A DNA stretch of 55,589 nucleotides from an uncultured Candidatus Saccharibacteria bacterium (GCA_964646315.1 CAZYDN010000001.1:4650-60238); one strand, 5' to 3'. Shown: positions 37,925 to 47,367, counted from the first letter of the stretch. Notes: a model not told the origin generated them from the sequence alone. Made by a program: numbers and translations.

Positions 37925-38200
37925 TTATGACCGCTTCGCGCGGGTTTTGCGTTTCTTCATGCCGCTCAGAAACCCGAACAGATGACCGATGCGCAGACCT
38001 TCCATTTGTACGCGTTCGCGCACACCTGCAAAGTCTTCCCGAAGCTGCTCGCCCTCCTCACGCACGAGCGCAGTCACGTCGTCTATCTTTTTCAGTATCG
38101 AGAGCACGCGGAGGAGGACGAGTGTCAAAATGATACTCACCACAATTACGGCAACTGTCGTCACCGCGAAGAAAATATCCATTTTGAGAAACGTATCCAT
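37925..38200 (-). CDS. small membrane protein, hypothetical
   Basis: 91 aa with an N-terminal TM helix and a charged helical tail. Confidence 0.5.
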   Translation of the reverse strand: MDTFLKMDIFFAVTTVAVIVVSIILTLVLLRVLSILKKIDDVTALVREEGEQLREDFAGVRERVQMEGLRIGHLFGFLSGMKKRKTRAKRS

Positions 38201-38324
38201 CCGTACATCTATCCTAGCCTGCTACTTTCTACGCGCAAGCCCTCCTGTGTATACTGCGACACATTTTGTTTCAGAGTAGCCATGAAGGAACTATGTGGAG
38301 ACAGGTACATTGTTACAAAAATAG

Positions 38325-38819
38325 TTACGGGTTTGAAGAACAGCCCGGGTAGAGAAGTCCCGGTCCTGAGTACGGCACTTGGTCCGATACGTTTCCACTC
38401 GACCCTGCGCAAAACATGCGACCGCTCGGATAGCGAACCTCTATCGAGTAGCTTGTTGCTCCGCCCGATACCAAAAATGCTTGATCGTAGCTGCTTCCAA
38501 GGATACTCACAATGCTGTTACATATAGAAAGAGCCTGCGCTGCATAAGGACCCGCAAATCCTCGAGTAGCACAGGGAGTTTGTCCATTTACGGTGCCGCC
38601 CCCTACCCATCCGCGCGCGAGGTTTGCATAACTATTGTTCTGAAGCATCTCCAGTTCCAGTAAATGCCGGTACTCAATGGCATGGGATTTCAGCGCAGCC
38701 TCCTGCGCCTTACTACGGGCGCTGTTCAGAGAAGCCATAATAACCGAAGACAAAAGTGCAATGATGGCAATTACCACCAGAAGCTCTATTAACGTAAATC
38801 CTCTACTGTTCGCCTCCAT
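38325..38819 (-). CDS. type IV pilin-like / pseudopilin protein
   Basis: Prepilin N-terminal motif RGFTLIELLVVIAIIALLSSV. Start taken at MEANSRG. Confidence 0.75.
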   Translation of the reverse strand: MEANSRGFTLIELLVVIAIIALLSSVIMASLNSARSKAQEAALKSHAIEYRHLLELEMLQNNSYANLARGWVGGGTVNGQTPCATRGFAGPYAAQALSICNSIVSILGSSYDQAFLVSGGATSYSIEVRYPSGRMFCAGSSGNVSDQVPYSGPGLLYPGCSSNP

Positions 38820-38844
38820 TACCACACAGTACCACTCACTCTTC

Positions 38845-39087
38845 CTAAATAATTCCACTAGGCACTTTTACAAAACGTGAACCCTTGTACCCAAGTTCCG
38901 GTTTATCAACTTCCTCCATAAACATTGCGAGCGGGCGCACAAACAAGAGAGGGATATCCGCCTCGTAGAGGCGTTTGTATACCACCATAAGTTCCTCGGT
39001 CTCGGTGTGGAGTGCGGTTCCGAGTACCTCATACAATTTTTCCGAATCCTTGAAGTGGTGGTAGATACCTGGCTCTGGTTGGTTCAT
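38845..39087 (-). CDS. DUF1653-family protein
   Basis: 80 aa. GIYHHFKDSEKLYEVLGTALHTETEELMVVYKRLY matches the DUF1653 pattern. Confidence 0.65.
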   Translation of the reverse strand: MNQPEPGIYHHFKDSEKLYEVLGTALHTETEELMVVYKRLYEADIPLLFVRPLAMFMEEVDKPELGYKGSRFVKVPSGII

Positions 39088-39158
39088 GGCGCCAGTATAC
39101 CAACACGCATGAGGCTTTTTCGTATTATGTACAATTTATGCAACATGTGATATAATAT

Positions 39159-40127
39159 ATGTTCATGTCATCTTCTCGCCGAAAGCCCGGCTTCGTACTC
39201 AAGAAAGCTCCTGTGGAGAAAAAGCCAACACGCGCTGTGCGACACGCTGCCTCTGCACGCCGCACTACGCAGGAGAAGAGCTCGGTGCCTGCGACCACCA
39301 CAGCCGGTACAGCATATCGCGCAAAGCCCGCTCCTCGTGGTGGCCGCAAGAATATGGACCGCGCAGTTAGAGAAGCTCCCGTACGCGCTCGTGGTCCACG
39401 TCCCATTCCAAACGAAGCGCTCTACCCTATGCGTATTAATAAGTACTTGGCGCAACAAGGTCACGCCACCCGTCGCGAGGCTGATACGCTCGTGGAGAAG
39501 AAGGCCGTACTCATCAATGGACGCATCGCTCAAGTGGGAGACAAAATTGAAGAGGGCGACGTAGTTGAAGTACGTCGCAATGTACGACCCGGACGCTACA
39601 CCTATTTAGCTTTTAATAAACCTGTAGATGTCGATACACATAAAGAGGCAACGGGTAGCGAGAACATTCTTGACTCCCTTCCTCCTGAGGTGAAGCAGCT
39701 CAAACTCTTCCCTATTGGCAGACTCGATAAGGCGTCGCACGGACTCATCATTCTCACCAACGACGGACGCATTACGGATCGTCTTTTGAATCCTGACCAC
39801 GCTCACGAAAAAACATACGAAGTACGCACCAAGCTTCCTTTGCGTGCAACCTTTAAAGAAAACATGGAAGGCGGCGTGCTTATCGAGGGATACATGACTC
39901 GTCCTGCCAAAGTAAATATTCTCGGAGAGAAGGCATTTCGCATTACCCTGACCGAAGGCAAATCTCACCAGATTCGTCGCATGGTGTCAGCGCTCCATAA
40001 CGAAGTATCAGACCTTCGTCGTATGAGTATTATGAATATCAAAATTGGCGCACTTAAGGGTGGCGCTTTCCGCCCTATCGAAGGCGAAGAACTTTCAGAA
40101 TTCCTCCACGCACTGGGTCTTGCGTAA
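39159..40127 (+). CDS. RsuA/RluB-family pseudouridine synthase with basic N-terminal extension
   Basis: S4 domain (MRINKYLAQQGHATRREADTL), catalytic GRLDKASHGLIILTNDG, and HQIRRM. Confidence 0.85.
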   Translation: MFMSSSRRKPGFVLKKAPVEKKPTRAVRHAASARRTTQEKSSVPATTTAGTAYRAKPAPRGGRKNMDRAVREAPVRARGPRPIPNEALYPMRINKYLAQQGHATRREADTLVEKKAVLINGRIAQVGDKIEEGDVVEVRRNVRPGRYTYLAFNKPVDVDTHKEATGSENILDSLPPEVKQLKLFPIGRLDKASHGLIILTNDGRITDRLLNPDHAHEKTYEVRTKLPLRATFKENMEGGVLIEGYMTRPAKVNILGEKAFRITLTEGKSHQIRRMVSALHNEVSDLRRMSIMNIKIGALKGGAFRPIEGEELSEFLHALGLA

Positions 40128-40135
40128 TCCCCATA

Positions 40136-40165
40136 TTGACGGGTGAACCCTGGTTCACCTACTAT
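40136..40165 (+). promoter_or_regulatory. lexA promoter with embedded SOS (LexA) box
   Basis: TTGACG (40136-40141), 18-nt spacer, TACTAT (40160-40165). The whole spacer is the perfect palindrome GGTGAACC-CT-GGTTCACC, which contains GAAC-N4-GTTC (40145-40156). The ATG at 40172 implies a leaderless or near-leaderless mRNA. Confidence 0.65.
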
Positions 40166-40171
40166 GAAGAG

Positions 40172-40741
40172 ATGGATTACCACTCACGCAAACGCGCTGT
40201 TATAGGATTTTGGCAACAACATCGCCGCATGCCCGGCTATCAGGAATTCATGAAATTACTGGGCGTGAAGTCCAAGAATTCCGTGTACCGTTTTGTAGGC
40301 AAACTCGTCGAGGACGGTGTACTAGAAAAAGACCTTCAGGGCAGAATCACTCCTGGTCGCGAGCTTCGTGGCGTTCCCTTGCTTGGCGTAGTGGAAGCTG
40401 GGTTCCCTACTCCCGCAGAAGAAGAAATGCTCGATGTGATGGATTTCGATGAATACCTCACCCCAAACAAGGAATCGAGTTACGTTCTCAAGGTGAAGGG
40501 CGACTCCATGATTGAAGCTGGCATACACCCGGGAGACTTGGTCATAGTAGAGCGCAAGCCGACCTACAAAGTCGGGCAAATTGTCATCGCTTCTATCGAG
40601 GGCGAATACACCATGAAGTATTTGCGAAAGAAGAACGACAAATACTATTTGGAACCGGCAAATAGTGAATACAAACCCATCTACCCAAAAGGCAATCTAA
40701 ATATTGAAGCTGTTGTTACGGCAATCGTTCGAAAATACTAA
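40172..40741 (+). CDS. lexA: LexA repressor
   Basis: Winged-helix N-terminus and an S24 peptidase C-terminus (VKGDSMIEAGI...IVIASIEGEYTMKYL). Start moved to MDYHSRKR because the operator occupies the upstream part of the ORF. Confidence 0.85.
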   Translation: MDYHSRKRAVIGFWQQHRRMPGYQEFMKLLGVKSKNSVYRFVGKLVEDGVLEKDLQGRITPGRELRGVPLLGVVEAGFPTPAEEEMLDVMDFDEYLTPNKESSYVLKVKGDSMIEAGIHPGDLVIVERKPTYKVGQIVIASIEGEYTMKYLRKKNDKYYLEPANSEYKPIYPKGNLNIEAVVTAIVRKY

Positions 40742-40757
40742 TAGGAACATCCATATT

Positions 40758-42035
40758 ATGAATGTTCCTAATCAGCGACAAAATTTTATATTACACGTAG
40801 ATGGAGACGCATTCTTCGCCATGTGCGAAGTTTCCAGGCGACCCGACCTGCGGGGGAAACCGGTGGTCACCGGGCGTGAACGTGGCATCGTAACTGCCGC
40901 CACCTACGAAGCCAAAGCGCTGGGTATCAGCAGGGCGACTCCCATACATGTTGTGCGAAGCCACTTCCCCCAGGTTACCGTTCTTCCTTCGGACTACGAA
41001 CTCTACGCCACTATTTCAAAGCGAATGTACGCGATTACAAGACGCCACGCACCTCTGGTAGAAGAATATGGTGTGGATGAATGCTTTGCAGACCTCTCTC
41101 ATGTAGCTGATCCCCTAGCATGTGCACGAGCGATAAAAGAAGATTTGCAACGAGAGCTCAATATGACTTTCTCTCTTGGCATGGGCCCTACAAAAGTGCT
41201 CGCGAAGCTCGCATCAAAGCACGAAAAGCCAAACGGATTCTGCGTCGTAACTGCCGAGAACCGCGAGACGCTTCTGCGTAACACGCCTGCCGCATATGTG
41301 TGGGGTATCGGCCCGCAGAGTGTAAAGAAGCTTGTTGGCATGGGTATTCATTCTTCGCTTGAATTTGTGCAATCAGACCGCGCGCGTATAGAACGCATTT
41401 TTACCAAACCCATGATTGAGGTATGGGAGGAGTTACGAGGAAACAGTGTACTTCCCGTAGATTACATAAACGCTACGGATCAAAAATCGGTACAGCGCAC
41501 TCGCACGTTTACCCCACCTACCCGCGACCCCCGTCATCTTTTCTCTGAACTCTCACAACACACAGAACATGGATGCAGAAAAATACGCAGGCTAGGACTA
41601 GTGGCCGACAGTATGAGTTTCTTTTTGAAGACACAGGACTTTCGCTACCAGGGTGGTGAAATTCGTTTGCTAGTTTCTACAAGCTCTCCGGGAGATATTC
41701 TTCCCCTTTTACGCTCTGCATTTTTGAAAGTATATAAAAAAAACATTCTGTATCGAGCCACAGGTATTACGCTGCACAATCTTCACGCTCCAAGTAGTGT
41801 GCAGCAAGATTTGTTTGATACCGAACACAAAGGAGAAAAGAACGAGCGGCTCATGATTGCCATGGATAGACTCGAGCATAAGTATGGCGATCATACGCTC
41901 TATCTGGGCACCAGTGCGCGCAGTATTATGCAGGACCGTCTGCAGCCCGCACCCTCACCCATTCACACCGAAGCTCTCATACACACAGACAAAGGATTGA
42001 AACGTTTTCCCATTCCCTATTTAGGGTCGGTGTAA
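40758..42035 (+). CDS. dinB: DNA polymerase IV
   Basis: ILHVDGDAFFAMCE and VDECFADLS, with Y-family polymerase architecture. It starts 17 nt after the lexA stop. Confidence 0.9.
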   Translation: MNVPNQRQNFILHVDGDAFFAMCEVSRRPDLRGKPVVTGRERGIVTAATYEAKALGISRATPIHVVRSHFPQVTVLPSDYELYATISKRMYAITRRHAPLVEEYGVDECFADLSHVADPLACARAIKEDLQRELNMTFSLGMGPTKVLAKLASKHEKPNGFCVVTAENRETLLRNTPAAYVWGIGPQSVKKLVGMGIHSSLEFVQSDRARIERIFTKPMIEVWEELRGNSVLPVDYINATDQKSVQRTRTFTPPTRDPRHLFSELSQHTEHGCRKIRRLGLVADSMSFFLKTQDFRYQGGEIRLLVSTSSPGDILPLLRSAFLKVYKKNILYRATGITLHNLHAPSSVQQDLFDTEHKGEKNERLMIAMDRLEHKYGDHTLYLGTSARSIMQDRLQPAPSPIHTEALIHTDKGLKRFPIPYLGSV

Positions 42036-42277
42036 ATTAGCTTGAGCTTTTCGTCTCGGGACAGTTGCTTGAGCGTGTACTCGCGCCTGGTAGCCTCGGT
42101 TCGGTCTACGCACGTTTCGGTATATACAAGCACTACCGGGCGTTTTGCACGCGTGTATTTTGCCCCCTTAGGAGAATCATTATGTTCTTTAATTCGTCGC
42201 TCTACATCCGTCGTCACTCCACTGTAGAGTGTTCCGTCTGCGCATTCCACCATGTAGACGTACCACTCTTTTGGCAT
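42017..42277 (-). CDS. GIY-YIG nuclease family protein
   Basis: WYVYMVECADGTLYSGVTTDVERRIKEHN. Confidence 0.8.
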   Translation of the reverse strand: MPKEWYVYMVECADGTLYSGVTTDVERRIKEHNDSPKGAKYTRAKRPVVLVYTETCVDRTEATRREYTLKQLSRDEKLKLIYTDPK

Positions 42278-42280
42278 GAA

Positions 42281-43771
42281 TTACTTTTTACCTAAGTCGA
42301 GAACATTGTCGATGCGTATTTGCTCCACAAATTCAGGAACGTGAGATACCAAAATCATAGCGCCTTCGTATTCGTCGAGCGCCTTCGCAATCACCGGAAG
42401 GTGGCGGAAGTTTATGTGGTTGGTTGGCTCGTCGAGTATTAAAAGTCCTGGACGCATGAGCACCAAACGAGCAAATGCCACGAGGCCTTTCTGTCCTTCA
42501 GAAAGGGAGCCAATTTTCTTGTTCATGTGCTCAGCCGTAATAATGAAGCTCGCCGCTACCTTGCGCATCGCTTCTTCCTCAGGCTTATCCATAATGGCAA
42601 GCAACTCCTCTCGAACGGTTCGTTCAAAATTGAGCGTGGTGAAATCCTGACGGTAGTACCCTACCCGGACTCCCTTAGCAATCTGCGCACCCTCGGCTTC
42701 TCCAGAAGCAAGGCGTTCAAGGAGTGTTGTCTTTCCGATACCGTTTGGACCCTTAAGCTGTAAGTGCTGCTTTTTCTTGAGTACGATATCTGCCTTGTGC
42801 GTCACCGGCACATGCTTTTTAGGATCGATGGTGGTGTACGAAGTAATGGTGAGAAGTTCTCCAATAATTTCAGGCTGAGCAGGAATCACAAAGTTACGGA
42901 TGGTCTTATCCTCTTTGCGCACATCCACTTTGTCTTCCTCCATTTCCTCAATTGCGGTACGCATTTTCTTTGCGACTACACGCATCTTGCCTCCTTTCTG
43001 TGCAAAGAAGTTAGCCTTGTCTTTGTTGTCTTGAATCTGCTTCTCAAGCTGCGCGTTCTTTCGATTCTCGCGCTCAATACGAGCCTGAATTTCTTTAAGA
43101 AGGTCATAGTAGTTACCCACGTACTGCTCAATCCTGCGTGTGTGCACATCAAGGTAGAGCACGCCTTCGGTAAAGGAGTTGAGGAATTCTGCATCATGGG
43201 AAATAACCATCACACTCTTCTCGTACTTTTTCAAGAACGACGTAAGGTGCTCTATACCTGCAGTGTCGAGGTTGTTGGTAGGCTCGTCGAGTAGAAGCAG
43301 GTCGGGGTCCTGAATAAGTGCGGATGCAAGAAGCAAGCGCGCCTGCTGGCCACCAGAGAATGACTTTATGATGCGATCGTGAGGAGCGTGAAGGTTTACT
43401 ACTTCGAGCACCGCTTCAATCTTTGGGTCGATATCATAGACCTTTTCCGAAAATCGCTTCTCAAAAAATTCTCGTATGGTGAGCTCACGATCTTCCTGAG
43501 CTACAACCTGTGAGGAAATTGCGATAGAGAGCCCGCGCGGAATCTGTATCTTTCCGTCTTCCGGCTTAAGCTCGCCCATGATGAGCTTAAAGAGCGTCGA
43601 CTTTCCGGCGCCGTTTTGCCCCATGAGCGTTACCTTCATTCCGCGACGGAGATTGAAATTTACCGAGTCGAGGATAGGGTGATTGTGACCGAATCCAAAG
43701 GACACGTTCTCGAATCGGACCAGAGCCTCTTTTGGAGGCCCTCCTTGTTCTGTACTTAGTTTGCTAGCCAC
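42281..43771 (-). CDS. ABC-F family ATPase
   Basis: Two ABC cassettes (GQNGAGKST, GPNGIGKTT, LSGGQQ, LSEGQK) with a charged linker. GTG start. Confidence 0.85.
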   Translation of the reverse strand: MASKLSTEQGGPPKEALVRFENVSFGFGHNHPILDSVNFNLRRGMKVTLMGQNGAGKSTLFKLIMGELKPEDGKIQIPRGLSIAISSQVVAQEDRELTIREFFEKRFSEKVYDIDPKIEAVLEVVNLHAPHDRIIKSFSGGQQARLLLASALIQDPDLLLLDEPTNNLDTAGIEHLTSFLKKYEKSVMVISHDAEFLNSFTEGVLYLDVHTRRIEQYVGNYYDLLKEIQARIERENRKNAQLEKQIQDNKDKANFFAQKGGKMRVVAKKMRTAIEEMEEDKVDVRKEDKTIRNFVIPAQPEIIGELLTITSYTTIDPKKHVPVTHKADIVLKKKQHLQLKGPNGIGKTTLLERLASGEAEGAQIAKGVRVGYYRQDFTTLNFERTVREELLAIMDKPEEEAMRKVAASFIITAEHMNKKIGSLSEGQKGLVAFARLVLMRPGLLILDEPTNHINFRHLPVIAKALDEYEGAMILVSHVPEFVEQIRIDNVLDLGKK

Positions 43772-43861
43772 GTTTCCTGCACTCTACCACATTTATAGGT
43801 TGTTGGTAAGCCCTTATAAGAGCAGCCCCGCGTATTACCGCGGGGCTGAAGTTCCTCTCAC

Positions 43862-44329
43862 TTACATGGAGGGAATGTAGAGCAGGCACAGAGTGCCGGG
43901 GCCCCACGGCGCTTCGTCTCCCTGGTAGGGTGCGCGCGCGAAGCCGGTATCGGTACGGACCGCCACCATTGGCGCGCCACCCACTGGATAAACGACAATG
44001 CGCTCAAAGGCGAATTTGTGTTCGTGGGTGTCCTTGTGAACCCATTCCAAACACTGAAAGAAACGGGCTGCTTCCACCTGTACTTCCACCCCGAAGTCGT
44101 TGCGTACCTGTTTCTCAGTCTCGCTTCGCGTGAGGCCAGAAACATCCACGAGCTGGAACGTGCCACCGAGCCAGCCGATTTCCGCCACGACCGAAGAGTC
44201 TTCAAAACCCGTAATCGCTGGGAACAGTTTCGGGTCTGGCGGAATATGAGGCGCCGGAATCCGAAGGGGTGGCAAGTGACAGTACGAGACAATTCGCAGT
44301 CGCTTCTTTTCAAGAACTGGTGTCATCAA
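43862..44329 (-). CDS. hypothetical protein
   Basis: ATGATG is preceded by AGGAGA. I prefer it over the overlapping Arg/Ser-rich frame 43858..44313. A terminator hairpin lies at 43827-43848. Confidence 0.45.
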   Translation of the reverse strand: MMTPVLEKKRLRIVSYCHLPPLRIPAPHIPPDPKLFPAITGFEDSSVVAEIGWLGGTFQLVDVSGLTRSETEKQVRNDFGVEVQVEAARFFQCLEWVHKDTHEHKFAFERIVVYPVGGAPMVAVRTDTGFARAPYQGDEAPWGPGTLCLLYIPSM

Positions 44330-44401
44330 ACTTCTCCTGATTATGAGACGGTTTTCACTATGCGTGAGTACTCTAAGAATGGCAAGTAGTACGGGCGATT
44401 A

Positions 44402-45160
44402 TTACAAAAAGTCTTTAAGCTCCTTTGCATTATCAAGCGCGTAGCCGTGGAAATCATTATTGAAGTATACGTAGACTCGCTTAGTTTTCTTTGCAGCTTT
44501 TTCTATAAACATCGCCCATTCTTTAAGCTGTTCAGTAGAATACTTAGAAGCAAACAGTTTCTCGGGGCCGTGCATACGTACATACGCTATGTCCGCGGTT
44601 ATCTCCTGAACACCCGGATACCGAGAGGACTGGGCAGCTACTAGAGCGACGTTATGCTTCCTCAGAAGTGCATACAACTCTTTTGTGAACCAATACTTAT
44701 TTCTAAACTCAATGGCGATGTCGGGAGGATACTGAAGCTTACGCGCATGTGTTGTGAAGAATATGAGGAATGTATCGAGCTTCTCAAGATCGAACCTAAA
44801 GCTCGGCGGTAGCTGAATAACTATCGCTCCGAGTTTTTCCCCGAGTATCTGCGTTGATTCAAGTATATATATGACTTTCTCTTCCGCTTCCTTTGTTCGC
44901 TCTAGCCGCGCTATATGAGTGATAGCCTTATTAAGCTTTAGGGAAAACTTGAAACCCTCCGGTGTCATGCGCGACCAGGTCTTGTAGGTTGTTTCCTTAC
45001 TGATGCGATAGAAGGAGGAGTTATTCTCCACCGTATCGAAATGCTCTGAGAAGAATTTGAGCTCGTTGTACCCTTTCACCTCTTCAGGATAGAAGAGACC
45101 GATCCAGTGGTTGTAGTGCCAGCCCGAAGTGCCTATGTATATCTGCGCTGGCTTTTTCAT
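44402..45160 (-). CDS. DUF72-family protein
   Basis: IYIGTSGWHYNHWIGLFYP and VENNSSFY are typical of DUF72. Confidence 0.8.
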   Translation of the reverse strand: MKKPAQIYIGTSGWHYNHWIGLFYPEEVKGYNELKFFSEHFDTVENNSSFYRISKETTYKTWSRMTPEGFKFSLKLNKAITHIARLERTKEAEEKVIYILESTQILGEKLGAIVIQLPPSFRFDLEKLDTFLIFFTTHARKLQYPPDIAIEFRNKYWFTKELYALLRKHNVALVAAQSSRYPGVQEITADIAYVRMHGPEKLFASKYSTEQLKEWAMFIEKAAKKTKRVYVYFNNDFHGYALDNAKELKDFL

Positions 45161-45222
45161 TTACGACAGTTAACACTACCTATCATGAGCAAATGATTAA
45201 TGCCCTGATAATATTTTGGGAT

Positions 45223-45618
45223 CTACGTGATTGCTAGCCAGCGTTTAATGAAGCTTTTGAGTGCAGATTCACGCTCTTCAATATCCTTAATGCTCTTGAA
45301 TGTTGCGTACCCACGAATATCCGAGACCCACTCGAGGATTTGTGCGGCGTCTTCTATAATCGGTGCTCCCTTCTTATCCTCCTTGCGTAGTGCACCCATA
45401 TGAAAGACAAGCTTTACCCGACCCTCCTTATTCGCAACATTGAATGTAATTCGATCTTCTCCAGCAAATGCGTAATTCGGAGCGTTCCATTTGATACTTT
45501 CAACGAGTCGAGAATTGGCGGCAAGAATAATTCGGCGCAGAGATTCAATTTGAATTTTCTTTCCCTTTGGTTGGTCATTTAAAAATTCCTCGACGGTCTT
45601 ATACTTTTTCATACTCAT
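45223..45618 (-). CDS. DUF1801 (YdhG-like) domain protein
   Basis: VESIKWNAPNYAFAGEDRITF pattern. Its 5' region runs straight into motif copy 1. Confidence 0.65.
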   Translation of the reverse strand: MSMKKYKTVEEFLNDQPKGKKIQIESLRRIILAANSRLVESIKWNAPNYAFAGEDRITFNVANKEGRVKLVFHMGALRKEDKKGAPIIEDAAQILEWVSDIRGYATFKSIKDIEERESALKSFIKRWLAIT

Positions 45619-45650
45619 AGTGTAGCAAGGATGTTTTCACAGACTGATAT

Positions 45651-45678
45651 TGCAGGCAATCCGGGACGATGTTGGAAC
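45651..45678 (+). repeat. array motif copy 1 (left arm divergent)
   Basis: TGCAGGCAATCCGGGACGATGTTGGAAC. Confidence 0.85.
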
Positions 45679-45722
45679 CGTCCTAGTAGGAACTCGGTTT
45701 TCATGAACCCTTATAAAAAAGG

Positions 45723-45749
45723 TGGGCGCCGCAGATTGTGCGGCGCCCA
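45723..45749 (-). terminator. rho-independent terminator of the lipoprotein cassette
   Basis: TGGGCGCCGCA / TGCGGCGCCCA stem. On the minus strand it is followed by TTTTTT. Confidence 0.75.
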
Positions 45750-45766
45750 TTCGAAGAGATAATGCG

Positions 45767-46252
45767 TTACAGGGTACGACTGAAGCGGTAAGTCCGCCAC
45801 GCGCGGTCGTATGTGTCGCCGTCCTCAGGACACAGCACGCTCGTGAAATTACTCCACCGTAGCGTATCCGTTTCCTCGGTTGTTAACCTGAGTTCAGTAT
45901 CGCTTCCCCACCAAGGTTCGAGCGTGTAGCTCTTGTACCGACGGGAACTTTTTCCGAAGCGCTCGAATTCAGTGCTTTTGATGCGGTAGAACTCGCCGTC
46001 CTTACTGCGCAGCAGGACGACCCCTTCGTCGACATACTGGCAGCTATAGATCGCGCCTTGATAGTTTATGCCGATCCTAATCTTAAATTTATCAATGGCA
46101 TCGCGCTCTTTGGCATCAGCCACCTGTATTCGCGGCAATTTGCTATCGAGCAAATCAGCTCCCGACGGTGGAGCAGGAGATTTCGGACCAGGGTCGTCGT
46201 TGCAGGCTGCAGCCATGAGCGACAGAATAGCAATTGCGGTTACCTTGCGCAT
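45767..46252 (-). CDS. hypothetical lipoprotein
   Basis: MRKVTAIAILSLMAAAC is a signal peptide plus Cys. RBS AAGGAAA. It has its own promoter, TTGACA (46313-46308), 16-nt spacer, TATTAT (46291-46286). Confidence 0.6.
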   Translation of the reverse strand: MRKVTAIAILSLMAAACNDDPGPKSPAPPSGADLLDSKLPRIQVADAKERDAIDKFKIRIGINYQGAIYSCQYVDEGVVLLRSKDGEFYRIKSTEFERFGKSSRRYKSYTLEPWWGSDTELRLTTEETDTLRWSNFTSVLCPEDGDTYDRAWRTYRFSRTL

Positions 46253-46378
46253 GAATCGGTTTCCTTGTTTTCAAATCTATATACCATAATAGCATGTTAT
46301 ATAAGATTGTCAATCGACAAACATATTGACCCGTTTACGAATTACTCGTTGGCCATTTCGTATTCGTATACTCTATTA

Positions 46379-46403
46379 GCTGGCCGCGGGACGATGTTGG
46401 AAC
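46379..46403 (+). repeat. array motif copy 2
   Basis: GCTGGCCGCGGGACGATGTTGGAAC. Confidence 0.85.
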
Positions 46404-46478
46404 TGTCATGAATAATGTAAACCCACCGCCAAACAGTAGACAGAGGATTTCCATCTTAGTTCGACAGTGGGTTGGGTA

Positions 46479-46862
46479 TTAGCCGTTGGCTCGCATGTCC
46501 TCGACGGCGATCACTTCCAATTGGTCCACCAGCTTGATACGGTTTTCGGGGAGCAGGTACCCGAGTTGCACTTTTTCGCCGACCGATTGGATGACGGCGA
46601 TGACCTGCTCGATGACGAGCTTGGGATCGAAGGCGTAGCCGACACCAGTCTCGAGCGAATAGGTGCTCACCATGATTTCCCGATCGATGCCGGGAATCTC
46701 GGCGATTCCCTCGCAGATCTTCTTGCCGATTTCGGTAAGAGTGTCAGGGACATAGTCAGTCCTGAAGAAGCTCCGTGAGAGACGCGTGCGAAGACGCACA
46801 TCTAGATGAACCCTGAAACCGTTTCCGGTGCCTGAGGCTTTCTCGAACAGAATCGTAGCCAT
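46479..46862 (-). CDS. hypothetical protein (127 aa)
   Basis: RBS AGGAGA 6 nt before the ATG. A TTGACA-type promoter lies on the minus strand around 46935-46975. Confidence 0.55.
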   Translation of the reverse strand: MATILFEKASGTGNGFRVHLDVRLRTRLSRSFFRTDYVPDTLTEIGKKICEGIAEIPGIDREIMVSTYSLETGVGYAFDPKLVIEQVIAVIQSVGEKVQLGYLLPENRIKLVDQLEVIAVEDMRANG

Positions 46863-47088
46863 GAGTATCTCCTGGTTGACCCGCAGAAAGCGAGTATGAA
46901 AACAACAATTTCAATATTAATTTAACACTTATAATACGATATTGTCAATAGTAAATTGACTCTACGGAATAGAGCGACAACCCAGGCTAAATGGGGTCAG
47001 GACCCATTCTTTGGCCTGCCTACACCTCGTAGCTAAATGGCTACATGAGTCCTGCCCCCATTTATCATAAAGAGGTATTGAAAATATA

Positions 47089-47115
47089 GCTGGCAGTCTG
47101 GGACGATGTTGGAAC
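47089..47115 (+). repeat. array motif copy 3 (consensus)
   Basis: GCTGGCAGTCTGGGACGATGTTGGAAC, identical to copies 5 and 9. Confidence 0.95.
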
Positions 47116-47124
47116 TTTTTATAC

Positions 47125-47153
47125 TTGACTTAATATAGGTTTAGATTTATAAT
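47125..47153 (+). promoter_or_regulatory. sigma-70-type promoter of the 39-aa peptide cassette
   Basis: TTGACT, 17-nt spacer, TATAAT. Confidence 0.6.
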
Positions 47154-47181
47154 AAATGTACAGATCTTTAAGGAGCCGCCA

Positions 47182-47301
47182 ATGAATTGGTTAGCCTTTA
47201 TAATCGGCTTTTTGCTTGGATTTCCGATTAACCTAAGCATTGGCCTCTTGTGGGGAGTTGTCGCCGGTATGCTTCTGTTTCCTCCGAAAAAGAAGAACTG
47301 A
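47182..47301 (+). CDS. 39-aa hydrophobic membrane peptide
   Basis: RBS AAGGAG. MNWLAFIIGFLLGFPINLSIGLLWGVVAGMLLFPPKKKN. Not in the ORF track because it is under 60 aa. Confidence 0.5.
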   Translation: MNWLAFIIGFLLGFPINLSIGLLWGVVAGMLLFPPKKKN

Positions 47302-47367
47302 CATACCGGGGTAATCTCGCAGACGAGAGCGCACGACCTTTGGGTACGGCGCTCTTACTAATTTGAG

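Noticed and set aside
43858-44313. 151-aa alternative frame overlapping 43862..44329
   Set aside because: Its composition is Arg/Ser/Trp-rich, typical of an off-frame read. The other frame has an AGGAGA RBS and a protein-like composition.
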